From NCBI GenBank assembly GCA_035255025.1, contig DATFAB010000073.1, forward strand, positions 18,186 through 82,185: a stretch of 64,000 bases of DNA, given 5' to 3'. Both the position numbers and the translations under genes were made by a program. A model generated the notes under the pieces. It saw only the letters and a list, made by a program, of their open reading frames with translations. It was not told the origin of the DNA and made no database searches. The stretch's first letter is position 1, and each line of letters begins with the position of its first letter. Of this stretch, positions 38,243 through 48,026 are shown piece by piece. Source of the stretch: Geomonas sp. GTDB taxonomy: Bacteria; Desulfobacterota; Desulfuromonadia; Geobacterales; Geobacteraceae.

Positions 38243-38765
38243 TAAGCAAACGGAGGCCATCTTTTGCTTAGTCCACGCCACAGTTAAGCAAAAGAAGGGC
38301 TGCATTAAGAGTTATGACTCTACCTCCAGGCAGGGTGCGGCCTGCTTTTAATGAACCATGCCCTCGAATAGCGTCGCCAGCCTTTTAACGCGGCTGTGAA
38401 AGCCTATAAAATCTCCATCAGCACCTCCATCTCGTGCTGGTGACTCTCTGCGACTGGTCGTCGACTGGTTCATTTAGTGATGGAAGTATCCTCACCGCAT
38501 ATCTGTGCCCCTGTTGAACCTTGTTGGCGCCTTTCTGAACCTAAAGGTCCCCCTGGTTTCCAAAGGAAGACCGCCCCTTGATATCATGAGCGGATGGTTT
38601 TCCTCAGGCACGGTCCTATTTAGCTAAACCAAGACGCGGCCTAGCTTAAGTAAGGCTTCCTTTGGCTTAAGTAAGGCATTGCTTAGCTTACCAAAGGGAA
38701 TGTTAGCTTACGTCGGGCTGTGGTTCGCTTATCAACGAGATTTTTAGCTTAGGTACGGCGTGGGC
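38243..38765. repeat. Degenerate ~21-bp-period array of T(T/A)AGCT(T/A)A-like cores
   Basis: Cores at 38620, 38641, 38662, 38683, 38703, 38724, 38744 (spacing 21,21,21,20,21,20); related cores at 38243, 38263, 38285. Confidence 0.75.
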
Positions 38766-38962
38766 CGCCTGACGGCTGGAATGAACGGGATCGTTTCATA
38801 GGTGATTGCGGGAGATGGTTGAGGGTGGGAGGCTGGTGCGGATGCGTCGGATTTCATAAAGGGGCAGTTGCAAGATCGTTGCCCCCCTTCATCAACGGGG
38901 GGCGTAGTTTCAGTTGATTTTGTAAGGCGGGGGGATCGGCCCTGCAGAAACCGGTTGCTGCT

Positions 38963-39922
38963 TCAGATGCCCAGGATGAGGGAGAGGTTGTGCAGTTCGT
39001 CGGGCTGGCGCTTCTCGCTGACCACGACGGTCTCCAGCAGGGTGGGGACGATGGAGTTGCAGCATAGTCCAACCATCTTTCCTTTCTGCCCCTCCATCAG
39101 CAGTTCCACCGCGGCATGTCCCAGGCGGCTCCCCAACAGGCGGTCGAACACCGAGGGAGCGCCTCCGCGCTGGTAGTGCCCCAGCACGGTCACCCGGGTC
39201 TCGAAACCGATCACGTCCTTGATGGTGTCGGCGATGTTCTGGGCACGGCCGGCACCTTCGGCGAGGATGATGATGGCGTTGCTGCGCCCTTCCTCATAGC
39301 GGCTTCTGAGCTGGTTGCAGAGATCCTCCATGTCGCATTCCACTTCCGGCACTATGGCGTATTCGGCACCCGAGGCAATGGCCGAGGTGCTCGCCAGATA
39401 CCCTGAGTTCCTCCCCATCACCTCGATCACAAAGGCGCGGTCGTGGGAACTTGCCGTGTCCTTGATGCAGTCGATGGCGTAGATGATGTTGTTGAGGGCG
39501 GTGTCGACACCGAGAGCCATGTCCGTGAAGGGGATGTCGTTGTCGATGCTGGCCGGGATACCGATCACCGGGACCCCCATCCGGTGCAGGGCCAGCGCGC
39601 CGTTCAAGGACCCGTCCCCGCCGATGATGACGAGGCCATCCACGCCCATCTCCTCCAGGTGACGGACTGCCTTCTCTCTTCCCAGCGAGGTCCGGAACTC
39701 GTCGCTGCGGGCCGATTGTAAAAAGGTGCCGCCGCGGTGCAGGATCCCGGCCACCTCCTTGGTCCCCATCTCCAGGTAATCCGGCTTCAAAAGGCCGGCA
39801 TATCCCTTCCTGAACCCGACCACCTGCAGGCCGTGCCCGAGCGCGGTCCTGGTTGCGCTCCTGATGGCAGCGTTCATTCCCGAGCAGTCGCCGCCACTGG
39901 TAAGAATCCCGATTTTTTTCAT
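38963..39922 (-). CDS. pfkA: ATP-dependent 6-phosphofructokinase
   Basis: ILTSGGD..GMNAAIR, GGTFLQSAR, IGGDGS, SIDNDI, EVMGR, LGHYQRGG. Confidence 0.96.
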   Translation of the reverse strand: MKKIGILTSGGDCSGMNAAIRSATRTALGHGLQVVGFRKGYAGLLKPDYLEMGTKEVAGILHRGGTFLQSARSDEFRTSLGREKAVRHLEEMGVDGLVIIGGDGSLNGALALHRMGVPVIGIPASIDNDIPFTDMALGVDTALNNIIYAIDCIKDTASSHDRAFVIEVMGRNSGYLASTSAIASGAEYAIVPEVECDMEDLCNQLRSRYEEGRSNAIIILAEGAGRAQNIADTIKDVIGFETRVTVLGHYQRGGAPSVFDRLLGSRLGHAAVELLMEGQKGKMVGLCCNSIVPTLLETVVVSEKRQPDELHNLSLILGI

Positions 39923-40121
39923 GTATCACTCCGGAGAATCGGCTGCCGCCCCGGCAAAACCGACTGCATGGTAGATGTCGGACTGCTTGAATATATCATG
40001 GTGCCGCACAATTTCAAACACAGCCACAGCGAAGGTATTTGATATTGTGCCTGATCTGCATCGGCCCGGCGTGCCGGAGAGGTGCCTCTCCTTGAAGGTG
40101 AGGGGCTGTCGGAGACGGATC

Positions 40122-40454
40122 CTACTCTGGAGAGGAGACTTTTTCTGCGTTGTAGAACTCGATGCCGACCCGATGGATGTGATCGATGACATTCGGGTTG
40201 TCGATGCAGTGGAAAAGGGAGAGATCGAAGGAGTAGGGGAGGTCGAGATCGTCGAGGGTGACGGAGACCCTGAGCAGGAATCGTTTCGGCAGGTCCGGTT
40301 CGGTGACCAGGGTCAGGTCGATGTCGGAACCGGGCTTCCAGTTACCTTTGGCTCGGGAGCCATAGAGAATGGCGCTTTTGATCTCCGGGAACCGGGTCAA
40401 GGCCGCACGAATTTTAGCTACCACGTCGGCCCTTAAGCCAAATTCTTCACTCAT
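40122..40454 (-). CDS. Minimal nucleotidyltransferase (MNT) antitoxin
   Basis: YGSRAKGNWKPGSDIDL (GSx10DxD); LPYSFDL. Confidence 0.92.
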   Translation of the reverse strand: MSEEFGLRADVVAKIRAALTRFPEIKSAILYGSRAKGNWKPGSDIDLTLVTEPDLPKRFLLRVSVTLDDLDLPYSFDLSLFHCIDNPNVIDHIHRVGIEFYNAEKVSSPE

Positions 40455-40869
40455 ACTGTTCCAGGCGCCGGGTTAAGGCATCCTTCAGCGCAACGAACTC
40501 GGGATAGTAGAGCCCGGTGATATCCTCGAGGATTTCGTCTGCCACCTCTTCGTTATAGGCGTGGAGCGTCAGGGCCCGACTCTTGATCATCTGCAACCAG
40601 ACTTCACCGTTGGAAATAAGGCCACGCCTGAAGGCGACCCTGATGGCGTCACGGCTTCCCTGGATACCCTGTTCCCCCTGGTTCTCGTAAAAATCCTTCA
40701 GCACGTTCCAGGCGAGTTCGTAGTTGTACTCGAACGCCTGGATGACCCCTTGTTGTTCAAGCACGGACAGGTCGCGCTGTTGAATCAATTTCATCGCGTC
40801 GTCCAATTGCTTGAGCGCCCGAACAAAATTGTCAAATCGCTGGACCCAGCGGATGTCTTCAGTTATCAC
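40447..40869 (-). CDS. HEPN-domain nucleotidyltransferase substrate-binding protein (HI0074-like toxin)
   Basis: DIRWVQRFDNF, GVIQAFEYNYELAW, RALTLHAY (Rx4H); GTG start; overlaps MNT gene by 8 bp. Confidence 0.9.
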   Translation of the reverse strand: MITEDIRWVQRFDNFVRALKQLDDAMKLIQQRDLSVLEQQGVIQAFEYNYELAWNVLKDFYENQGEQGIQGSRDAIRVAFRRGLISNGEVWLQMIKSRALTLHAYNEEVADEILEDITGLYYPEFVALKDALTRRLEQYE

Positions 40870-41015
40870 GAATCCTGTTGAACTGGTAAATAGGCGGCAA
40901 AATATATCGGGGCCTGATAGCAATATCGTCGCCAATTTAGCCTAAGACAGACGCCAAGTCAAAAAAACAATGGCTCGGCTGCCCTGAGCGGCCAGAAGCG
41001 ATCCCCCGTGAGGCC

Positions 41016-42329
41016 TTACTCCGGTTTTCGCTTCTCGCGCTCGCCCTTGAGCCACTCCATCCGCTCCTTGATGCTCTTCTCGTAGCCGCTCTCCTTGGGC
41101 TCGTAGAAGCGCTTGCCGCCGATCTGTTCGGGAAGGTAGCTTTGCCCGGAGTAGCCGCGCTCGTAATCGTGTGAGTAGCGGTACCCTTTGCCGTAGCCCA
41201 TCTTCTTCATCAGGGAGGTGGGCGCATTCCTGATGTGCATCGGCACCGGCAATGCGCCGCTTTGTCTCACCTCGGCAAGGGCCTCGTTGATCCCCAGGTA
41301 GGAGGCGTTCGACTTCGGTGCCGTGGCGAGGTAGCTTACCGCCTGCCCGAGGATGATCCTCCCCTCCGGCATGCCGACCAGCTGGAAGGCCTGCAGCGCG
41401 GAGACCGCCATCTGCAGGCCGCGCGGATCGGCGTTACCCACGTCCTCGGAGGCGAAGATCACCATGCGCCGTAAGATGAAGATGGGATCCTCGCCCGCTT
41501 CCAGCATGCGGGCGAGCCAGTAGAGGGCAGCATCGGGGTCGGAGCCGCGCATGGACTTGATGAAGGCGGAGATGACGTTGTAGTGTTCCTCGCCCCCTTT
41601 GTCGTAGAGAAGCGGCTTTTTCTGCACCGCCTCCCGCGCGGTCTCCAGGGTGATTTCCCCGCCGTGCGCGATGCGCGCCGCGGTCTCCAGCGTGTTGAGG
41701 GCCACCCGGGCGTCGCCCCCTGCCTGCTCGGCCATGAACTCTAAAGCCTCCTCGCCGGCGGCAAGCTCAAGCTCACCCAGCCCGCGCTCCCGGTCGGTCA
41801 GGGCGGTGGCGAGAATCTGCATGACGTCCTCGCTGGTCAGCGCGTGCAGCACCAGTACCTTGCAGCGGGACAAAAGCGGGGCGATCACCTCGAAGGAGGG
41901 GTTCTCCGTGGTGGCACCGATCATGGTGAAGGTGCCGCGTTCCACGTAGGGGAGGAAGGCGTCCTGCTGGGACTTGCTGAAACGGTGGATTTCGTCGACG
42001 AAGAGGATGGTGCGCTTCCCCTGGTATCGGAGAATTTCCTCGGCCTCCTTGACCACCTCGCGGATCTCCTTGATGCCGTTCATGATGGCCGAGAAGAAGA
42101 TGAAGTGGGACTTGGTGGCGTTGGCGATGATCTTGGCGAGGGTGGTCTTGCCGCTGCCGGGAGGACCCCAGAAGATGAGCGAGGTAAGACGGTCGGTTTC
42201 GATCAGGCGGCGCAAGAGTTTACCCTCACCGAGGAGGTGGCTCTGCCCGAGGTACTCGGCAATGGTGCGCGGCCGCATTCTTTCTGCCAGGGGGGCTGCT
42301 TCGGTGCTCGCGGTGCTGAAAAGATCCAA
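41016..42329 (-). CDS. rarA: Replication-associated recombination protein A (MgsA/RarA AAA+ ATPase)
   Basis: PLAERMRP, WGPPGSGKTT, VDEIHRF, GATTENP, SAFIKSMRGSD, ASEDVGNADP. Confidence 0.96.
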   Translation of the reverse strand: MDLFSTASTEAAPLAERMRPRTIAEYLGQSHLLGEGKLLRRLIETDRLTSLIFWGPPGSGKTTLAKIIANATKSHFIFFSAIMNGIKEIREVVKEAEEILRYQGKRTILFVDEIHRFSKSQQDAFLPYVERGTFTMIGATTENPSFEVIAPLLSRCKVLVLHALTSEDVMQILATALTDRERGLGELELAAGEEALEFMAEQAGGDARVALNTLETAARIAHGGEITLETAREAVQKKPLLYDKGGEEHYNVISAFIKSMRGSDPDAALYWLARMLEAGEDPIFILRRMVIFASEDVGNADPRGLQMAVSALQAFQLVGMPEGRIILGQAVSYLATAPKSNASYLGINEALAEVRQSGALPVPMHIRNAPTSLMKKMGYGKGYRYSHDYERGYSGQSYLPEQIGGKRFYEPKESGYEKSIKERMEWLKGEREKRKPE

Positions 42330-44852
42330 TCAGTGCTCCATTTCTGCGGCGCCCGGGAGGATATCGATCGGCTTGATCCCCCAGATTTCCTGGGCGTACT
42401 CCTTGATGGTCCTGTCGCTGGAGAATTTGCCCATCCCTGCGGCGTTCAGGATCGCTTTTCCTGCCCACTCGTCCTGCTGGCGGTACAACTCGCCCACCCG
42501 CTCCTGGCAGGCGACGTAGGATGCGTAGTCTGCCAGCAGCATGTAGTGGTCGCCGTGGTTCAAAAGCGAGTCGGTGAGCGGGGTGAAGAGGTCAAGAGTG
42601 CCGGGGGAGAAGAAGCCGGAGGCGATCATGTCGATCACCCGCTTCAACTCCCGGTTGCCGTTGTAGTATTCCATCGGGTTGTAGCCGCGTTCTTTCAATT
42701 CGGCGACCTCTGTAGCGGTCAGGCCGAAGATGAAGATGTTTTCCGCCCCGACCTCCTCCATGATCTCGATGTTGGCGCCGTCCAGGGTGCCGATGGTCAA
42801 AGCACCGTTCAGGGCGAACTTCATGTTGCCGGTGCCGGAGGCTTCGGTGCCGGCGGTGGAGATCTGCTCGGAGAGGTCGGAGGCGGGGAAGATGCTCTCC
42901 GCCAGGGTCACGCTGTAGTTGGCCAGGAAGACCACCTTGATCCGGCCGGCCACCTCGGGGTCATCGTTGACCACCTGGGCCACCGCGTTGATCAGGCGGA
43001 TGATCAGCTTGGCGGCGGCGTAGGCGGGGGCTGCCTTGCCTGCGAAGATGAAGGTGCGCGGCACCACCTCCGCCTGCGGGTTGTCCTTGATCCTGTTGTA
43101 CAGGGTGATGATGTGCAGCACGTTGAGAAGCTGCCGCTTGTACTCGTGGATCCTTTTGACATGCACGTCGAAGAGCGAGGCCGGGTCGACGTCGATCTCG
43201 TTGTGCTTGAAGATGTAGCGGCAGAGCCCTTCCTTGTTTTTGCGCTTAACCTGCTGCCAGCGCTGGACGAACTCCGGGTTTGCGGCCAGAGGCTTCAGCT
43301 TGCTGTTCAGTTCGTAGAGGTCGCGCGTCCAGCAGTCGCCGATGTACTCGTCGATCAGGGCGGAGAGGGACGGGTTGGCCATCTTGAGCCAGCGCCGTTG
43401 CGTAATGCCGTTGGTCTTGTTGTTGAACTTCTCCGGGTACATCTCGTAGAAGTCGCGGAAGAGCTCCCTCTTCAGGATCTCCGTGTGCAGGGCGGCCACA
43501 CCGTTCACCGAATGGCTACCCACGATGGCCAGGTGGGCCATCTTGATCTTCCTCTCCCAGTGTTCCTCGACGATGGACATCCGGGAGATGCGCTGCGGGT
43601 CGTCCGGGAAGCGCTGCTTGATCTCTTTTATGAAGCGCTCGTTGATCTCGTAGATGATCTGCAGGTGGCGCGGCAGGATCTGCTCGAAGAACCAGACCGG
43701 CCAAAGCTCCAGCGCCTCGGGGAGGATGGTGTGGTTGGTATAGGCGAAGGTCTTTCTGGTGATCTCCCACGCCTCGTCCCAGTCCAGCTTTTCCAGGTCG
43801 AGCAGCACCCGCATCAGCTCGGGGATGGCGAGGGTGGGGTGGGTGTCGTTCAACTGGATGGCCACCTTGTCCGGCAGCAGCCGGCAATCCTTGTGCATCT
43901 TCTTGAAGCGGTACAGGACGTCGTGCACGGTGGCCGAGGCGAGGAAGTACTCCTGCTTGAACCTGAGCTCTTTTCCTTCGATGACGTTGTCGGCGGGGTA
44001 GAGGACCTTGGAGATGGTCTCCGACTGCATCTTCTTCTCGACGGCACGGATGTAGTTTCCCTCGTTGAAGAACTTCAGGTCGAACTCGCGGCTGGACTTG
44101 GCGCTCCACAGCCTGAGCGTGTTCACCGTGTGGGTCTGGTAGCCGGGGATCGGGGTATCGTAGGCCATGGCCATGACGTCCTCGGTGTCAACCCACTCGC
44201 GCACCAGGTTGCCGCTCTCCTTGTCGATGGTGGTGATCACCCGGCCGTTGAACTTGACGGTATGCAGGTGTTCCTGGCGGTCGAGTTCCCACGGATTGCG
44301 GTAGCGCAGCCAGTTGTCCGGGATCTCGACCTGGGCGCCGTCCGCGATGGCCTGGCGGAAGATGCCGTACTCGTAGCGGATGCCGTAGCCGTAGGCCGGT
44401 ATCGACATGGTGGCCATGGAGTCCAGGAAGCAGGCGGCCAGCCTGCCGAGGCCGCCGTTGCCGAGCCCCGCGTCCTGCTCCTCGTCGAGGATCTCCTCGA
44501 AATCGCGTCCCAGGGAGTCGATGGCTTCCTTGAAATCGTTCCAGAGCCCCAGGTTGATCAGGCTGTTGCCCAGGGTCCGCCCCATCAGGAATTCCATCGA
44601 GATGTAGTAGACCCGCTTGTTGTCCAGGTTGTAGTAGGCCTGCTGGGTGTCCAGCCAGCGTTCGACCAGGTGGTCCCTGACTGCATAGGCGAGGGCATTG
44701 AAACTGTCGTACTTGGTCGCCGAGTATTTGTCCTTGCCGAGGGTATATTCGAGGTGTTCCAGGAAGGATTTTATGATGGTCATCTGCTTGTCGAGTTCTT
44801 CGCCGAGGCCGGTCGGTACCTCTTCCGTGATCCCGATTTCGTCTTGAGCCAT
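42330..44852 (-). CDS. glgP: Glycogen/starch phosphorylase
   Basis: [42 protein letters not shown] site; RBS favours ATG 44852. Confidence 0.97.
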   Translation of the reverse strand: MAQDEIGITEEVPTGLGEELDKQMTIIKSFLEHLEYTLGKDKYSATKYDSFNALAYAVRDHLVERWLDTQQAYYNLDNKRVYYISMEFLMGRTLGNSLINLGLWNDFKEAIDSLGRDFEEILDEEQDAGLGNGGLGRLAACFLDSMATMSIPAYGYGIRYEYGIFRQAIADGAQVEIPDNWLRYRNPWELDRQEHLHTVKFNGRVITTIDKESGNLVREWVDTEDVMAMAYDTPIPGYQTHTVNTLRLWSAKSSREFDLKFFNEGNYIRAVEKKMQSETISKVLYPADNVIEGKELRFKQEYFLASATVHDVLYRFKKMHKDCRLLPDKVAIQLNDTHPTLAIPELMRVLLDLEKLDWDEAWEITRKTFAYTNHTILPEALELWPVWFFEQILPRHLQIIYEINERFIKEIKQRFPDDPQRISRMSIVEEHWERKIKMAHLAIVGSHSVNGVAALHTEILKRELFRDFYEMYPEKFNNKTNGITQRRWLKMANPSLSALIDEYIGDCWTRDLYELNSKLKPLAANPEFVQRWQQVKRKNKEGLCRYIFKHNEIDVDPASLFDVHVKRIHEYKRQLLNVLHIITLYNRIKDNPQAEVVPRTFIFAGKAAPAYAAAKLIIRLINAVAQVVNDDPEVAGRIKVVFLANYSVTLAESIFPASDLSEQISTAGTEASGTGNMKFALNGALTIGTLDGANIEIMEEVGAENIFIFGLTATEVAELKERGYNPMEYYNGNRELKRVIDMIASGFFSPGTLDLFTPLTDSLLNHGDHYMLLADYASYVACQERVGELYRQQDEWAGKAILNAAGMGKFSSDRTIKEYAQEIWGIKPIDILPGAAEMEH

Positions 44853-45032
44853 GCTGGTTTCCTCTTCAGTCAGCAGTCCATCAGTCATAGGTGTCGTTCC
44901 AGGAATTTTCGCAGTGGTTTCGCCGCTTGACGGTCGCTGGCAGCGGCCTAAAGGAGAGCTAGTTTTCCGTTGGACATGGTAGATTATATATGCTAGTAAA
45001 TCCTAGATTACAATACAAGTAAAGAGGTGGTC

Positions 45033-45899
45033 GTGAAAAAAATCGCCATAGTAGCCAAAGTACACGATCCCCGTTGCCTCGGCGTGGCGCAGCAGTTGAC
45101 CGAATGGCTGGCAGTGCGTGGCGTCACCGCCAGTGTCGAGGATCACCTCTCCAAACAACTCAGAAGAACCAGCGGCACCGAGACCGTCGAGAGCTCCGCT
45201 ATCGCCAGTAACGCCGACCTGGTGGTGGTCTTGGGCGGCGACGGCACCCTGATCGCTGCGGCCCGCCTGGTGGGGGAGCGCGAGGTCCCCATTCTCGGCG
45301 TCAACCTGGGGAGCCTCGGCTTTCTCACCGAGATCACCCTGAACGAACTGTACCCGGCCATGGAGCGCTGCCTGGAAGGGGACTTCGAGGTGAGCGAGCG
45401 CATGATGCTGCTTGCCTCGGTCGAGCGTAACGGCGAGCTGATCGAGCATCACCGGGTGCTGAACGACGTGGTCATCAACAAGGGGGCGCTGGCGCGCATC
45501 ATCGACATGGAGACCTCGGTGGGCGGCCGCTACCTGACCACCTTCAAGGCCGACGGCCTGATCGTTTCCACCCCCACCGGCTCTACCGGTTACTCGCTCT
45601 CCGCCAACGGCCCCATTATCCACCCTGCGCTGGAGTGCATCTCCATCACCCCGATCTGCCCCCACACCCTCACTAACCGGCCGCTGGTGGTCGCTCCCGA
45701 TGCGAGCATCTCCATCAAGCTGCAGTCGGGGACCGATGAGGCGGTCTTTTTAACCCTGGACGGCCAGGTCGGCGTCAAGCTGGTCTCCGGCGACATCGTG
45801 CAGATCGAGAGGTCGGAACATCTGACCCGGCTGGTGCAGTCGAGGAGCAAGGACTACTTCGAGGTGTTAAGGACCAAGCTTAAGTGGGGGGAGAGGTAG
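45033..45899 (+). CDS. nadK: NAD(+) kinase
   Basis: LGGDGT, GVNLGSLGFL, LNDVV, DGLIVSTPTGSTGYSLSANGP. Confidence 0.96.
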   Translation: MKKIAIVAKVHDPRCLGVAQQLTEWLAVRGVTASVEDHLSKQLRRTSGTETVESSAIASNADLVVVLGGDGTLIAAARLVGEREVPILGVNLGSLGFLTEITLNELYPAMERCLEGDFEVSERMMLLASVERNGELIEHHRVLNDVVINKGALARIIDMETSVGGRYLTTFKADGLIVSTPTGSTGYSLSANGPIIHPALECISITPICPHTLTNRPLVVAPDASISIKLQSGTDEAVFLTLDGQVGVKLVSGDIVQIERSEHLTRLVQSRSKDYFEVLRTKLKWGER

Positions 45900-45910
45900 A
45901 GCTAAAAACT

Positions 45911-47572
45911 ATGCTGCGAGAACTTCAGATAACCAATCTGGCCATCATTGACAGGCTTCATGTCGAGTTCAATGGTGGCCTCAACATACTCACCGGCGAA
46001 ACCGGCGCGGGCAAATCGATCATCATCGACGCCGTCAACCTGATCCTCGGGGGGCGGGCCAGCGCCGAGCTGATCCGCTCCGGTGCCGACGAGGCCTCGG
46101 TGGAGGCGATCTTCGACCTCTCCGCAGCCCCCGCGCTTTGCTCGCAGCTGGCCGAAAACGGCATCGAGTGCGACGGGGAGCTCCTGCTGCGCAGGGTCAT
46201 CTCCCGGGGTGGCAAGAACCGCGTCTTCATCGGCGGCAGCCTGGGGACCACCTCCATGCTCGCCGAGGTCTCCCGCGCGCTCATCACCATCTGCGGCCAG
46301 CACGACTCGCAGTCCCTTTTGAGGACCGACCAGCACCTGCGGCTGCTGGACGGCTTCTCCGGCGCGCTGGAGCTTCGCCATGCCTTTGCCGCCTGCTTCG
46401 AACAGTACCAGCAGGCCAGGGGAGAGCTGGAGGCGCTGGAGCAGGGTGAACGGGAGGCTGCCCGCCGGCTGGACCTGCTCTCCTTCCAGAGCCAGGAGAT
46501 CGCCGATGCCCGCCTGTACGCAGGCGAAGAGGAGGAGTTAAGCGAGGAGAGGACCCGGCTCGCCCACAGCGAGAAGCTCCTGCTCAGCAGCCAGCAGGCC
46601 TTCGATGCCCTCTACGGCGGTGATGGCGCGCTGCTGGGACGCCTGCGCCGGGTGATCAGCGGGGTAACCGAGGCGGCCGCCATCGATCATGCGCTTTGCC
46701 CGGTCGCGGAAGCGCTGGAAAACGGCTACGCCCAGCTTGAGGATGCCTCGCTTACCCTGCGCGATTACGCGGCCGGGGTGGAGGCCGAGCCGGGACGGCT
46801 GGAACAGCTCGATGACCGCCTGGACCTGATCAACCGGCTCAAGCGCAAGTACGGTGCCGACATCGCCGAAATCCTCGCCTACCAGCAGGGGGTGGATGCG
46901 GAGCTTGCCGCACTCTCCGGCCGCGAACAGGCCAAAGACGAGCTGGGCTCCCGCATCGCCGATCTGAAGGGTGAGCTGGCCAGCCTGGGGGCGAAGCTTT
47001 CCAGGGCCAGAGCCCAAGGGGCGGCAGCCCTCAAGAAGGGAATGGAGCGGGAGCTGGCCGAACTTGCCATGGCGCACGCGGTGTTCGAGACTTCCCTGGA
47101 AGCCTCCGCCGAGCCCAAGGCTCACGGTTTCGAGCGGGCCGAGTTCCTGTTTTCCCCCAACCCCGGCGAGCCTCCCCGCCCGATCGCCAAGATCGCCTCC
47201 GGCGGCGAGCTCTCCCGGCTGATGCTGGCCCTGAAGCAGCTCCACCCGGAGAGCGAGGTCCCCACCCTGATCTTCGACGAGGTGGACACCGGCATCGGGG
47301 GCGCCACCTCGGCCCTGGTGGGCGAGAAGCTGAAGAAGGTGGCAGGGGCCCAGCAGGTGCTGGCCATCACGCACCTCCCCCAGGTGGCCGCCTTCGCCGA
47401 TCTCCATCTCAGGGTGGAGAAGGCGGTCCGGGAGGGGCGTACCGCGACCTCGGTGCAGAAGCTGGAGGGAGAGGGACGGGTTGCCGAGGTGGCCCGGATG
47501 TTGGGCGGGGCGCGGGTGACCGAAAAGACCCTGGAGCACGCCAGGGAGATGATTCAGGAGGCAGCAGCATGA
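45911..47572 (+). CDS. recN: DNA repair protein RecN
   Basis: TGETGAGKS, coiled coil, ASGGELSR, LIFDEVDTG, ITHLPQVAA. Confidence 0.97.
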   Translation: MLRELQITNLAIIDRLHVEFNGGLNILTGETGAGKSIIIDAVNLILGGRASAELIRSGADEASVEAIFDLSAAPALCSQLAENGIECDGELLLRRVISRGGKNRVFIGGSLGTTSMLAEVSRALITICGQHDSQSLLRTDQHLRLLDGFSGALELRHAFAACFEQYQQARGELEALEQGEREAARRLDLLSFQSQEIADARLYAGEEEELSEERTRLAHSEKLLLSSQQAFDALYGGDGALLGRLRRVISGVTEAAAIDHALCPVAEALENGYAQLEDASLTLRDYAAGVEAEPGRLEQLDDRLDLINRLKRKYGADIAEILAYQQGVDAELAALSGREQAKDELGSRIADLKGELASLGAKLSRARAQGAAALKKGMERELAELAMAHAVFETSLEASAEPKAHGFERAEFLFSPNPGEPPRPIAKIASGGELSRLMLALKQLHPESEVPTLIFDEVDTGIGGATSALVGEKLKKVAGAQQVLAITHLPQVAAFADLHLRVEKAVREGRTATSVQKLEGEGRVAEVARMLGGARVTEKTLEHAREMIQEAAA

Positions 47573-48018
47573 TTAGAAAAGCGAAGATCAGCGACGTCAA
47601 GGATATCCAGAAACTCCTCACCACCTACGCCAGTCGCGGCGACATGCTGTCCCGTTCGCTTTCCGAACTGTACGATTCGATCCGGGATTTCTACGTCTGC
47701 GAGGAAAACGGCCAGTTGCTGGGGACCTCCGCCCTGCACATCGTGTGGGAGGACCTGGCCGAGGTGCGCTCGGTGGCGGTTGCCGAAGAGGCCGGCCGGC
47801 GCGGCATCGGCAGCAGGGTGGTGGGCGCCTGCCTGGAAGAGGCTCGCGAGATAGGTTTGAAGCGCCTCTTCTGCCTGACCTACAAGCCGGACTTCTTCGC
47901 CAAGTTGGGCTTCGTGGTGGTCGACAAGTCCGAGCTCCCCCACAAGGTGTGGGGCGACTGCATCAAGTGCGTGAAGTTCCCCGACTGCGACGAAATAGCC
48001 ATGATTCTCGACCTGTAG
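47569..48018 (+). CDS. GNAT N-acetyltransferase (short ArgA-like N-acetylglutamate synthase)
   Basis: MLSRSLSELY, WEDLAEVRSVAV, RRGIG, LPHKVWGDCIKC. Confidence 0.85.
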   Translation: MIRKAKISDVKDIQKLLTTYASRGDMLSRSLSELYDSIRDFYVCEENGQLLGTSALHIVWEDLAEVRSVAVAEEAGRRGIGSRVVGACLEEAREIGLKRLFCLTYKPDFFAKLGFVVVDKSELPHKVWGDCIKCVKFPDCDEIAMILDL

Positions 48019-48026
48019 GAGGTTTC

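Noticed and set aside
38243-38765. Array considered as CRISPR or TIGR-type array
   Set aside because: Cores of 8 bp and spacers of 12-13 bp are far too short for CRISPR; no cas genes, no box C/D motifs and no Nop-domain gene recognised. Kept as an unexplained array
41844-44930. 1028-aa plus-strand ORF
   Set aside because: Antisense shadow of glgP/rarA; the same applies to 18258-20555, 26362-28467, 52154-54310, 54656-56533 and 58401-60368
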